In this document: positions 21,768-31,161 of the stretch, piece by piece
How positions within the stretch are numbered: position 1 is the first letter of the stretch
Layout of the letters: each line of letters begins with the position of its first letter
Source of the DNA: Blastocatellales bacterium
GTDB lineage: Bacteria > Acidobacteriota > Blastocatellia > RBC074
Length of the DNA stretch: 64,000 nt
Assembly (NCBI GenBank): GCA_050187295.1
Contig: JBFWXQ010000016.1
Span: 25,944-89,943, forward strand
Direction of reading: 5' to 3'
Translations under genes and position numbers: made by a program
The notes under the pieces: model-generated
What the model saw: only the letters and a program-made list of their open reading frames with translations
What the model was told of the DNA's origin: nothing
Databases searched by the model: none

Positions 21768-21980
21768 TCTCAGCTTGCCAGTCTTTAGTTTTGGATTTCT
21801 TGTGGTTTGTTTCTCTCGGACGCGGTGGTAAATTAACGGCGCATCGCAATTAAATCAAGCTTTTGATTGTAGTAAGGCGAGCTGCCAGCTTGCCTTAGAA
21901 AATGGCAGTACCGGAATTTCTATGTTTGAAGAGAGGGATTATCCTTTATCGGTCAGGGAAGAAAGTCTTTCCCCTGTCTG

Positions 21981-22017
21981 TTAATGGTTAATGGCTGATG
22001 GTTAATGGCTAATTTCG
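21981..22017 (+). repeat. 37-bp intergenic repeat containing a 7-mer tandem array (GTTAATG GTTAATG GCTGATG GTTAATG GCTAAT)
   Basis: 36-37 nt identical to the reverse complement of 43063-43100; flanking sequence is also similar (tcagggaagaaagtctttcc vs tcaggaggaaagattctttacc). Confidence 0.7.
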
Positions 22018-22107
22018 AGATTGTCGTTCCTCCTTTCATCAAATGTTTACCAATTGAATTACCCGTAGTGCCTAGAAAATGGCAACCAATCCAGAGTAAA
22101 CATCTGC

Positions 22108-22130
22108 GGGGCAAGCTGGCAGCTTGCCCC
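22108..22130. promoter_or_regulatory. 23-nt perfect palindrome GGGGCAAGCTG-G-CAGCTTGCCCC about 30 nt upstream of the M14 peptidase start
   Basis: 11-bp perfect arms; a degenerate copy GGCGAGCTGCCAGCTTGCC lies at 21876-21894; each is adjacent to a direct-repeat box C(C/T)TAGAAAATGGCA (21895-21907 and 22072-22084). Confidence 0.5.
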
Positions 22131-22159
22131 TACAGCTTTCCGCAAGGAGTCGCCCACAA

Positions 22160-24697
22160 ATGCCTTCGCGTTGTCTCAGCTTAATACTCATCATCGTTTT
22201 ATTCGCTTCTCCGATCATCGCGTTCGCTCAATCGGGCAGAACCGGCGCTCAAAGTTCCGTTACAGCTTCGGCGATTCCACCGCCTGAAAGCGTTCTGGGT
22301 TTCAAAATCGGCGAAGACCGCAAGCTGGCCAAATGGGACCAGTTCGTCAGCTATTTCCGCAAACTGTCTGAAACCAGCGACCGCGTCAAACTGGACGTGC
22401 TGGGCAAAACGACGCTCGGAAGACCATTCGTCGCGGCGACGATTTCTTCGGCTGAAAATCTGAACCGGCTGGACGAATTCAAAGAGATTCAGCGCCGTCT
22501 GGCCGATCCGCGATTGCTGGACACTGCCACCGAAGCCGGTATCAAGGATTTGATCCAGGCAGGCCGCACGGTGGTCGTCATCACTTGCAGCATACATTCG
22601 ACCGAAGTCGGCGGCACATTCACGGCAACGGAACTGGCGTATCGTCTGGCTTCTGAAAATTCGCCTGAGGTCAAACAGATTCTGGATAACGTGATTGTCT
22701 TGCTGGTTCCTTCGCTGAATCCTGACGGAACGGACATCGTCGCCGACTGGTATCAGAAAACGCTCGGAACCGCCGCCGAAGGAACTTCGCCGCCGGAGTT
22801 GTATCACCATTACACCGGCCACGACAACAATCGCGACTGGTACGCCTTCACACAGGTTGAAACGCAATTGACCGTCGACAAACTGCTCAACGCGTGGCAT
22901 CCGCAAATTCTGCACGACATTCATCAGATGGGCGGCAACGGCGCGCGAATGTTTGTTCCGCCCTACACAGACCCGTGGGAGCCGAACATTGATCCGGCAT
23001 TGATCGCCGGAGTCAGCGCGCTCGGCACTTCTATGGCTTGGGAATTGACCGCGCAAGGCAAGAGCGGTGTTGTGTTGAACGGGATTTATGATTCGTGGAC
23101 TCCGGCGCGAGCTTACGCGCATTACCACGCCGGTTTGCGCATTTTGTCCGAAACCGCCAGCGCGCGATTGGCCACACCGGTCGAAGTCAATTTCAATCAA
23201 TTGGGCGGCAGATCGGGTTACGATCCGAAAGTGCAATCGTGGAATTTTCCCAAACCCTGGTCGGGAGGCCGTTGGACTATCCGCGACATAATTGATTACC
23301 AAACCGCAGGGGCTTTCGCCCTGCTCAATCACGCGGCGCGTCATCGCGAACTTTACCTGCGGAACTTTTACGAAAGCAGCAAACGCGCCATCGAAGCCAA
23401 AGGTCAGCCTTTCGCTTTCCTGCTGCCGGAACCTGCGCTGCCGAAATCATTGGCCGACGCTTTCAAACGGTTGCAAACCGGATTGAAAAACGTCAGCGGA
23501 ACCGAACAGCAAAAACACGAACAGAGCGAAAGCCTGGTTGACAAAATCAGCAACGAACCATCGTCATCTGATGAGGTCAATTATTACTTCAAAACCGAAG
23601 GCCTGGATCGCCTGCTTTCCGTCCTGCGTCGAGGCGGAGTTGAGGTCGAACGAGCCAGCAATGATTTCACCGCCGACGGAAAAAGCTATCCGGCAGGAAC
23701 GCACATAGTTTTCATGCAACAGCCTTACGGAGCCTTCGCAAAAACCTTGCTCGAAGTTCAACGCTATCCGGATTTGCGCGAATACCCCGGTGGCCCGCCG
23801 CAAAGGCCTTACGACGTGACGGCGCACACCTTGCCGCTGCTGCTGAACGTTCAGGCCGTCGCGGTCAAAAACTCGTTTGAGGTCGAGGCCAAACCGGAGC
23901 CGACAGCGCTGGTCATTCAATCTCGCGTCCGATCCAGCGGCGATACACGCGTGGCAATTTACAAAAACTATCTGGCTTCTATGGATGAAGGATGGACGCG
24001 GTGGATCTTCGATCAATACAAATTCGAGTTCAAATCCTTGTTGCAGGACGAAGCCCGCGCCGGAAACCTGAAAGCCAAATTTGACGCGATCATCATTCCC
24101 GATCAATCAACAGCCGCACTGGTCAACGGTTTGCCCGGCAAAGCACCGGGCGAAGGCAGCGACGACGAAAGCAGAGGGGCTTATCCAGAGCAATACGCCG
24201 GAGGTTTAGGCGAAGCCGGGATCAAGGCTTTGCGCGAATTTGTCGAAGCGGGCGGAACATTGATCACGCTCAACAACGCCTCGAACTTTGCGATTGAGCG
24301 GTTGGGGGTGCCGGTTAAAAATGTCTTGAAAGGCGTTTCTCCGCGTGAATTTTATTGTCCCGGCTCGATCCTGCGGACTGAATTGGATACTGAACTCAAT
24401 CTGAGCTTCGGGCTGGAAAAAGAATCAATCGCCTGGTTTGAAAACAGCCCGGCGTTTGAAGTTACCGATCACCAAAGCGTCAAGGTCATCGCGCGTTATC
24501 CGCAAACGGAAAACCCGCTGCTGAGCGGATGGATTCTGGGTGATAAATTGCTGCGAGGCAAAGCCGCCATGGTCGAAGCGACCATCGGCAAAGGCCGCGT
24601 CATATTGTTCGGCTTCCGCCCGCAATACCGCGCCCAAAGCCTGGCGACATTGCCGCTGTTGTTCAATTCAATGATGACCAGCAAGTCTGAGCAGTGA
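22160..24697 (+). CDS. Secreted M14-family zinc carboxypeptidase-like protein with a large C-terminal extension (possibly GATase1/ThuA-like fold)
   Basis: SD AGGAG upstream of ATG 22160; signal peptide; IHSTEVGG (HxxE zinc motif); C-terminal AIIIPDQS...GGTLITL segment. Confidence 0.5.
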   Translation: MPSRCLSLILIIVLFASPIIAFAQSGRTGAQSSVTASAIPPPESVLGFKIGEDRKLAKWDQFVSYFRKLSETSDRVKLDVLGKTTLGRPFVAATISSAENLNRLDEFKEIQRRLADPRLLDTATEAGIKDLIQAGRTVVVITCSIHSTEVGGTFTATELAYRLASENSPEVKQILDNVIVLLVPSLNPDGTDIVADWYQKTLGTAAEGTSPPELYHHYTGHDNNRDWYAFTQVETQLTVDKLLNAWHPQILHDIHQMGGNGARMFVPPYTDPWEPNIDPALIAGVSALGTSMAWELTAQGKSGVVLNGIYDSWTPARAYAHYHAGLRILSETASARLATPVEVNFNQLGGRSGYDPKVQSWNFPKPWSGGRWTIRDIIDYQTAGAFALLNHAARHRELYLRNFYESSKRAIEAKGQPFAFLLPEPALPKSLADAFKRLQTGLKNVSGTEQQKHEQSESLVDKISNEPSSSDEVNYYFKTEGLDRLLSVLRRGGVEVERASNDFTADGKSYPAGTHIVFMQQPYGAFAKTLLEVQRYPDLREYPGGPPQRPYDVTAHTLPLLLNVQAVAVKNSFEVEAKPEPTALVIQSRVRSSGDTRVAIYKNYLASMDEGWTRWIFDQYKFEFKSLLQDEARAGNLKAKFDAIIIPDQSTAALVNGLPGKAPGEGSDDESRGAYPEQYAGGLGEAGIKALREFVEAGGTLITLNNASNFAIERLGVPVKNVLKGVSPREFYCPGSILRTELDTELNLSFGLEKESIAWFENSPAFEVTDHQSVKVIARYPQTENPLLSGWILGDKLLRGKAAMVEATIGKGRVILFGFRPQYRAQSLATLPLLFNSMMTSKSEQ

Positions 24698-24719
24698 CTG
24701 CCATCCGCCCGTCATAAAA

Positions 24720-25673
24720 TCAACTTCGCGGAAACTGATCCGGGTTGTCGGTAAACACTGCGTCAACTCCCAGCGTGTACAAAAAATGATACATCTCTTC
24801 GCGCACGTCTATGAATTTGCCCGTCGGGCCTGAGCGAAAGGTGTAAGGCGTGACCGTCAAACCTGCCGTGTGCGCCCATTCGACTATCTTTGGTTCGCGT
24901 TCAATTAAAGTTTTGCTGGGGCCAATGCCGTCGGCGAAACCTTTGATCTTCTTCAATCCTTCCGCCGTCAACCATTGTTTTTGCGGATCGCCGCCAATCA
25001 GAAAAGTCAGCGTCAATTTGGTTTTGTGAACATCGCGCAGTTTGCGCAAGCTTTCGGCGCTGAATGATTGAATGATGATCGGCGTTTTCGGATCGGCTCC
25101 AGGCTTGTCCAGCTTGTTCTTTTTCAGCGATTCGACCAACAGTTTTTCCATGTCAAAACCGCGTCGGCCATAAACCTCCGGAGCTTTGGTTTCCGGGTAC
25201 ATTCCTGCTTTGCCGCGAACCAGATCAATTGCCTCCTGCCAGGTGGGAACGCGCTCGCCTTTGAACTTTTCACTCTTCCACGAACCGGCGTCCAACCGTT
25301 TGATTTCGGCCAGGGTGAAATCCGAAACATACCAATGTCTGGCGGGTTGGCTGTTTGAGGGCTGATCTTCGCTGACATCGGCGCGAAACCGATCCGGAAA
25401 AACCTCTTCGACATCGGTTGTGCGTTCCAGCGTCAGGTCGTGCAGGCAAACCAGCACGCCGTCTTTGGTGATTTGCAAATCCTGCTCGACGAAATCGGCT
25501 TTCTGTTCAATGGCCAATCGATAAGCCGCCAGCGTGTGTTCCGGCGCGTATGCAGACGCTCCGCGATGCGCGACCAGAATCTTTTTGCCGGTTTGGGCAA
25601 AAGAACCGGAAAGCGAAAGCAAAAACAAAACTGCGATGTAAAAGCAGGCAAAGTCACGATTGCGTTTGAGCAT
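24720..25673 (-). CDS. Glycerophosphodiester phosphodiesterase (GDPD family), secreted
   Basis: [18 protein letters not shown]...[17 protein letters not shown] are canonical GDPD motifs; signal peptide. Confidence 0.7.
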   Translation of the reverse strand: MLKRNRDFACFYIAVLFLLSLSGSFAQTGKKILVAHRGASAYAPEHTLAAYRLAIEQKADFVEQDLQITKDGVLVCLHDLTLERTTDVEEVFPDRFRADVSEDQPSNSQPARHWYVSDFTLAEIKRLDAGSWKSEKFKGERVPTWQEAIDLVRGKAGMYPETKAPEVYGRRGFDMEKLLVESLKKNKLDKPGADPKTPIIIQSFSAESLRKLRDVHKTKLTLTFLIGGDPQKQWLTAEGLKKIKGFADGIGPSKTLIEREPKIVEWAHTAGLTVTPYTFRSGPTGKFIDVREEMYHFLYTLGVDAVFTDNPDQFPRS

Positions 25674-25853
25674 ATTTCTCCCTTTGATTTTTTTGGGAAC
25701 CGGCTACGACAATGAGAAGTCTGGAAAACGGCTGACACTTTAGCTGAAAAATCTTCCAGCAGACAAATTTGCCGCTTGGCGGCGGGAAAGTTTGTGATAT
25801 TGTTTCCGTCTAAACTACAACCTAGCTGAGTAGCGGTAGAAAAGAGCAGTACG

Positions 25854-27425
25854 ATGAATAATGGGATCGTCATTCGGCTTGCAGGCATCGAACAGCCAGC
25901 CACACAAATTTTCCATCAGGATGTCATTACGATTGGCACGGCGCCTGATTGCGACATTATCGTCCATCCAGAAAATGATTCTCTCCCCCCTGAGTCAGTA
26001 TTATTGACCTTGCGTCGCCGCGAGGACGCTTACCGTTTAACGACGGTCGAACCCAGAGCAGGTATAACTCGCGATGGCGAGGCCGTTGCAGTCGGCGAAT
26101 TGGTCGATGACGGCGATACCTTTTATTTTGGCGCAACAGGCATACGCCTGCGTTTCTTTTCCCTGACTGAAACTGAAACGATTACTGAATCGTTGCGATT
26201 GGGCAGCGCAGTTCTGGCCACGGCGCGAACGGCAGAGACAACCGTTGCCGATGCCTCGCGTCGCAGACGAATAATGCCGCGCACGGACGTGGCGCTGGTC
26301 TTCGTCAAACAACTGCTGCGTGAGTTGATCAATGAGATCCCGCGCCGAACCCTTTATGCCATCATCGGCGCCGCAGTATTCATCCTGTTGACCATCATCT
26401 ATTTCAACACGCTAGGTTTTCTGGAAGGCCGCCGCAACAACAAAGCCATTGGAGAACTGAAGGACAGCATCACAGCCATTCGCGGTGAATTTGACAAAAC
26501 CCGCGAAGAATTGAAGCTGGCGCGCGAGCAGCAATTGTTGTTGCAGCAATCCCTGTCATTGCCTGAAACAGTCGTCAACACATATGGGCAGGGCGTTTGC
26601 CTGATATACGGAGTTTACAGCTTTGTTGATCCACGCGTGGGTCGCGAAGTCAGATTCAAGGAACCAAGCGCGGTGGATAATCCCATTGGGCCGGACGGAA
26701 TCATCAATCTGAGCGTTGACGGTAATGGCCGTGTTTATGAAGTCGAATTCATGGGAACCGGTTTTCTGGCTGATAAAGGTTTGATTCTGACCAATCGCCA
26801 CGTCGTCCAAGCCTGGGAAGAAGATGATCTGGCCAGTTTAATTCGCATGCGCGGTTTTCGTCCGAAGCTGAAAGACCTGCTGGCTTATTTTCCACAAACC
26901 TCACAACCATTCTCGCTTCGCCCATTGGAAATAATGCAGGATCAAGATGTGGCTCTTTGCTCGTTTGAACAGGGAGATGCGCCACTGCCGGCATTGCCCT
27001 TGGACGATCAGGGCGAAAGCATAGCCAGCGGCCAACCTGTTGTCTTGCTTGGTTATCCAGCCGGATTGGAAGGGCTTAAAGCGCGCGTGGACAAAATAAG
27101 CCGGTCAGGTTACCTGCGAATGGGCAACGTGCCTTATCGCACCCAATTGAATGAATTGGCGGCAACCAGCAAAATTCGCCCGCAATCCACTCAAGGCCAC
27201 ATCAGCGACGTCAGCCCGCAACTGGTTTACGACGCGCGCACTGATGAAGGCGGCTCCGGTGGCCCTGTCTTCGGCGCCAACGGCAAAGTCATCGGCATCA
27301 ATCAAGCGATTTTGCTCAGCACCCAGGCGACGACCAATTTCGGCGTGCCCATTCGTTACGGCATTGAACTGGTCACCAAACATAAAGAGGCTGCGACCTT
27401 GCCCGCGCCACAAGCAATCAATTAA
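25854..27425 (+). CDS. FHA-domain / single TM / trypsin-like (S1) serine protease
   Basis: N-terminal FHA signature ([13 protein letters not shown]...[15 protein letters not shown]); TM helice [18 protein letters not shown]; coiled coil; C-terminal LTNRHVV (His), DVALC (Asp), GGSGGPV (Ser). Confidence 0.6.
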   Translation: MNNGIVIRLAGIEQPATQIFHQDVITIGTAPDCDIIVHPENDSLPPESVLLTLRRREDAYRLTTVEPRAGITRDGEAVAVGELVDDGDTFYFGATGIRLRFFSLTETETITESLRLGSAVLATARTAETTVADASRRRRIMPRTDVALVFVKQLLRELINEIPRRTLYAIIGAAVFILLTIIYFNTLGFLEGRRNNKAIGELKDSITAIRGEFDKTREELKLAREQQLLLQQSLSLPETVVNTYGQGVCLIYGVYSFVDPRVGREVRFKEPSAVDNPIGPDGIINLSVDGNGRVYEVEFMGTGFLADKGLILTNRHVVQAWEEDDLASLIRMRGFRPKLKDLLAYFPQTSQPFSLRPLEIMQDQDVALCSFEQGDAPLPALPLDDQGESIASGQPVVLLGYPAGLEGLKARVDKISRSGYLRMGNVPYRTQLNELAATSKIRPQSTQGHISDVSPQLVYDARTDEGGSGGPVFGANGKVIGINQAILLSTQATTNFGVPIRYGIELVTKHKEAATLPAPQAIN

Positions 27426-27549
27426 CAACTAATTGATACTTATTCTGCTGGAACATTGCTCTATTGGGGAACTGGTCGTATATTCCACCTGCCATTTTTC
27501 AAATCAGTAAAATCAGTCACAAGCCGTTTTTTGCAGGAGGACATCAGCC

Positions 27550-29853
27550 ATGACCAAACAGCCACAACCACAGTCAGTTTCGGCAGTCGACAGAAAATAT
27601 CTTTCAACAGGATTTAAGCATCTGGATGATTTATTGGGCGGGCCCGGTTTTTTGCGCGAATCAGTTATCTTGGTTCGCGGAGAACCGGGAACAGGAAAGA
27701 CATCACTTGCCTTACAAATCGCCCGAAATGCGATCAAAAACTTTGACCATTATCTTGTCTTCGTCTGTGCGGAAGATAAACCAGAGATTTCATTGAATCA
27801 GATTACCGAATCTTATTGGAACCAAGACTATAAGACTTATTTGGGAAACCAGGATAGATGGCAGGCGCTTGACATAGAGGTTTTAACCGAAAGTTGGAAT
27901 AGCCTGCCCGAGGCTGCCGCCGAAGAAATCAAAAAAGGCAAAAAAACTATCTGGAGCCTTATTGGTTTCGGATCATCGGATGAAGCGACCAAAGAAGATC
28001 TGACCAGGAAAAAACTAAGAGAGTTGGGCCAGGAAGAAATAGACAAAATGAGGATGGAGGATCTTCTAGGTAGTCTGTGGAAGTGGTTTATGCCTGAAAG
28101 GGAAAAACCACTGCTTGTGGTCATTGACAGCCTGAGCGCTCTGATTTACTGGGCACAAAGACACTTCAGGGCATATGACGACAGGTACATGTTGTTGGCC
28201 ATCATCCGTTCTTTTGAAAAAAGATGGGAACAGATGAGAATAAAACCTACGGTTATTTTTACCGCAGAAGATGCCGAAACTATCCATAGCAAAACCGCCG
28301 AAAGCTATATTGCCGATGTGGTCATTCAATTGCAGCGCGAGACAATCACTCACCCAATCCCGATTGCGATGGAAAAATCCGCAGACTGGCAAGAAGACTT
28401 GTTATTTTGCCGTGTGTTAAAAGGCCGTGGATTGCCCACTCAACGCCGATCCTGTTGCTATGAATTTGTTAAAGACCCGGAGAACAAGGAAAAGAACGGC
28501 ATTGATTTTTTTCCAACTTATGCCGCACAAGGGCTGATTTCACTGTTTCATGAAAACCTGCCTCAATTCGAGGTAATTCAGAACCTCAGAAAAGTTGACA
28601 TGCCATCTTCTTATCCGGGGGTTATCGTCCAGGAATTCACTCTATCGGGACTGCAAAGAATGTTTGCGGTGCGCAGGTATGTGAGGAAGATTCCTCCTCG
28701 GCATCCAATGCTGCTATCCCACGTTGATGAATATTGGGTTCAAGTATTGAAAGAAGCCGGCTTGCTTTACCCTATTCCAAGTGAGGCTCTTCGTATTTAC
28801 TCACTGCCTTTATCTGATGATAACCAAGTGATCAAAGAGTTAAGCGAGGCGAAGGCAAAAAGGTATCTTGACGATTCATCTGAGCCAGGCAAAGTCAATT
28901 TTCTGGCAGTGCCGCAAATGGGCAATGTCGGGTTGATGGTTTATCGCAAAGACCTGCTCAGATCCATTGGGATTGAAACGCCGCCGGAAACCTGGGAAGA
29001 ATTGGAAAGTATCGGCCGGGAATTGCAATCTCCGGATTTGCCACACCCTCTTCTGATTGAAACCCAGACCTACGACACATTACTGGTCACCGCGCTGGAA
29101 CTAGGTTGGGGACACGGATCGTTCTGGTCAACTAAGCGGGATGAAGAGAACAAGGAAAGGCTCTTTATCAAACTTGAATCTGACAACGAAGCCTGCTTTG
29201 ACGATTTCGTTGTATCACTAGAAAGATTACGCCGTTGGATTCACGAAGATAAATTTGTTCCGATGCAATCAAGTGTTGACCCGGCCAAACATCCCAAAAC
29301 GGATTGGGTCTTTGCGCGGCATTGGTATTCGACCTGGGTGGATTACCGAACACGACCAAACAAGAAAAAAAGCAGTCTGATGGCCCAAATAAAAGAGAGT
29401 GATGAATTTGGAATCGCGAAAATTCCTATCTCCAAAGAGTATATGAAAAGGCAGAACACCCATTTGCCCAAACACCATTCCAGTTCGGGTGAATGGTATC
29501 TGGTTATTCAGGCCAACTCTGAAAATGTCGAATTGGGAATAGACCTCATCAATAACCTGATGTCTTCACGAAAAGTCACCGAGCGGGCGTTGGCAGGTGT
29601 TGAATTACCTGTTATGGAAAAGTTTTATGAAGCCTATGGATCGGTTTCGTGTTATGGCACAGATAAGACATTTAGCGAAATGCGCCAGATGTTCGCCGCT
29701 GATGCACGCAGCAGAGCGGAATTTGATGATTACAGGAAAGTCGGGCGAGTGCTTTACGGCGTTCTTCAGGCGGTTGTAACAAACCAATCAGTTAACGTCA
29801 GGGAATTGCTGGTCGACGCATTTAGGAGGCTTGATCCTGATTTCAAACCATAG
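27550..29853 (+). CDS. KaiC/RecA-superfamily single-domain ATPase fused to a type-1 extracellular-solute-binding-protein-like domain (no signal peptide)
   Basis: GFKHLDDLLGGPGFLRESVILVRGEPGTGKTSLALQIA (KaiC/RadA-like Walker A) and LLVVIDSLSAL (Walker B). C-terminal half shows SBP_bac_1-like segments (LMVYRKDLLRSIGIETPPETWEELESIGREL; GEWYLVIQANSENVELGIDLINNLMS). SD AGGAGG. The gene is visibly AT-richer with AGA/AGG Arg codons. Confidence 0.5.
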   Translation: MTKQPQPQSVSAVDRKYLSTGFKHLDDLLGGPGFLRESVILVRGEPGTGKTSLALQIARNAIKNFDHYLVFVCAEDKPEISLNQITESYWNQDYKTYLGNQDRWQALDIEVLTESWNSLPEAAAEEIKKGKKTIWSLIGFGSSDEATKEDLTRKKLRELGQEEIDKMRMEDLLGSLWKWFMPEREKPLLVVIDSLSALIYWAQRHFRAYDDRYMLLAIIRSFEKRWEQMRIKPTVIFTAEDAETIHSKTAESYIADVVIQLQRETITHPIPIAMEKSADWQEDLLFCRVLKGRGLPTQRRSCCYEFVKDPENKEKNGIDFFPTYAAQGLISLFHENLPQFEVIQNLRKVDMPSSYPGVIVQEFTLSGLQRMFAVRRYVRKIPPRHPMLLSHVDEYWVQVLKEAGLLYPIPSEALRIYSLPLSDDNQVIKELSEAKAKRYLDDSSEPGKVNFLAVPQMGNVGLMVYRKDLLRSIGIETPPETWEELESIGRELQSPDLPHPLLIETQTYDTLLVTALELGWGHGSFWSTKRDEENKERLFIKLESDNEACFDDFVVSLERLRRWIHEDKFVPMQSSVDPAKHPKTDWVFARHWYSTWVDYRTRPNKKKSSLMAQIKESDEFGIAKIPISKEYMKRQNTHLPKHHSSSGEWYLVIQANSENVELGIDLINNLMSSRKVTERALAGVELPVMEKFYEAYGSVSCYGTDKTFSEMRQMFAADARSRAEFDDYRKVGRVLYGVLQAVVTNQSVNVRELLVDAFRRLDPDFKP

Positions 29854-31096
29854 GAGTACATTTTTGTTTTTTGCTCTTATCCACATCGGCAGAAATTTTT
29901 CTCAATTTCCAGACTCTAAGTAAGTTCGCAGGCGACAAGCCCGCTCGGCTGATTTTCGCCAGCAAATCGAATGGGCGTCGCAGGTAATTCCAGTAAACGC
30001 TTCCCTGTTGCGGTTGGCCGTAAATCTGTTCCAAATGCTCTCGCGAAGTGAAAAGCATGGAAACCAGATTTCCCAGTTTGGCCAATGGATGACGGCCAAA
30101 ATCGAAGTATTCAAACAATCGTGCGGCGTCAATCAAACCTTGCGTTTCTTCTGTCAAGGCAGTTTCCATCAGCAAAGCCATTCGATCGTCGCTGACGGCT
30201 TTGTCCAATTCTTCGAGCGAACTGTCAGCCAGCATTTTCAACATTTGAACGGCCAGCATTGCGGCTCCTCCAAATCCGAATTCCGTCGCTTGCCGGATCA
30301 TCGCTTCGCGCGCTTCGGCTTCGCGGGCAAAAATGAAATACAGATCGGCGGCGGTTCGCAAAATTGCTTTGGTCGTTTGCAGATCAACCAGCGTGTGATG
30401 AACCAGATGAAAAGCCAGATCGGTTGATGAAGGAAGCAGTATGTCGTTTCCTGAAATTGAAACGGTGACAGCTCGATTGCGGATTTCGGCAAAGCTGAAA
30501 TCGCGCGCGCGCCTGGCAAAATGAAAAGCGCGGTGATGAAGTTCCAGGATCAGTCCGTTGGCTCCGCGACGCGGCCAAAGATGGTTGATGTCATTGGCCA
30601 ATCGCTGGCGAGGCCGCGCTGAACGCTTTCCTGGCAAATGATGATACCCAAGCCCGGCGACGATTTGATCAGCCCGTTCAAGCTTTTCCGGCTCAACCAG
30701 CAGGTCAATATCAAGCGCAGCTCGCAATCCGGCCTGCGGATAATATCCGCACAGCATCAATGCCGCGCCTTTCAGCGGAATTGCAGTGATGCCTTCGGCT
30801 TTCAATGCAGCTGTCAATCGCGCAGCTTCGTTGACATAAGCCAGGTGGCGAGCCGCCCACGTCTGGCTGGCATCGCGCAATTGTTCGCGCTGCTGTTCCG
30901 GCAAGGAATTCAGCAACCCGAATTGCGACAGATTGAACCGCAACAGCGAAGCGACGCTGTGAAATTCAGCGCGGCGGATCGTCTCAGGCCAGGCAATCTC
31001 ATCCCGTGAAGCCAGCAGTTGACGCATTCGTTCATCGCTGGCTTCGGTCGGCAGCAACCCGCTCAGCAGCAATTTGTCAGTGTTGGTGAGTATCAC
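29843..31096 (-). CDS. Uncharacterised nucleotidyltransferase family protein (PF14907/NTP_transf_5-like)
   Basis: ALDIDLLVEPEK matches the D-x-D-LLV motif of this family; about 400 aa; 3' end overlaps the KaiC-like gene by 11 nt (convergent). Confidence 0.5.
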   Translation of the reverse strand: MILTNTDKLLLSGLLPTEASDERMRQLLASRDEIAWPETIRRAEFHSVASLLRFNLSQFGLLNSLPEQQREQLRDASQTWAARHLAYVNEAARLTAALKAEGITAIPLKGAALMLCGYYPQAGLRAALDIDLLVEPEKLERADQIVAGLGYHHLPGKRSARPRQRLANDINHLWPRRGANGLILELHHRAFHFARRARDFSFAEIRNRAVTVSISGNDILLPSSTDLAFHLVHHTLVDLQTTKAILRTAADLYFIFAREAEAREAMIRQATEFGFGGAAMLAVQMLKMLADSSLEELDKAVSDDRMALLMETALTEETQGLIDAARLFEYFDFGRHPLAKLGNLVSMLFTSREHLEQIYGQPQQGSVYWNYLRRPFDLLAKISRAGLSPANLLRVWKLRKISADVDKSKKQKCTPMV

Positions 31097-31161
31097 AAAA
31101 GGTGGAGCGCGAACGTCTCAGTCTGCAAACCGGAACGCGGACGTCATCGTCCGCGTTCCGG

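Noticed and set aside
21981-22017. Considered whether the GTTAATG heptamer arrays (also at 35423-35460 and 43063-43167) could be CRISPR arrays
   Set aside because: Units are 7 bp with no unique spacers and no cas genes nearby; total length is under 40 bp. They are tandem microrepeats, not CRISPR.
21895-22084. TGGCA in the TAGAAAATGGCA boxes as sigma-54 -24 elements
   Set aside because: No GC/TTGC(A/T) element at the correct -12 spacing downstream of either TGGCA.
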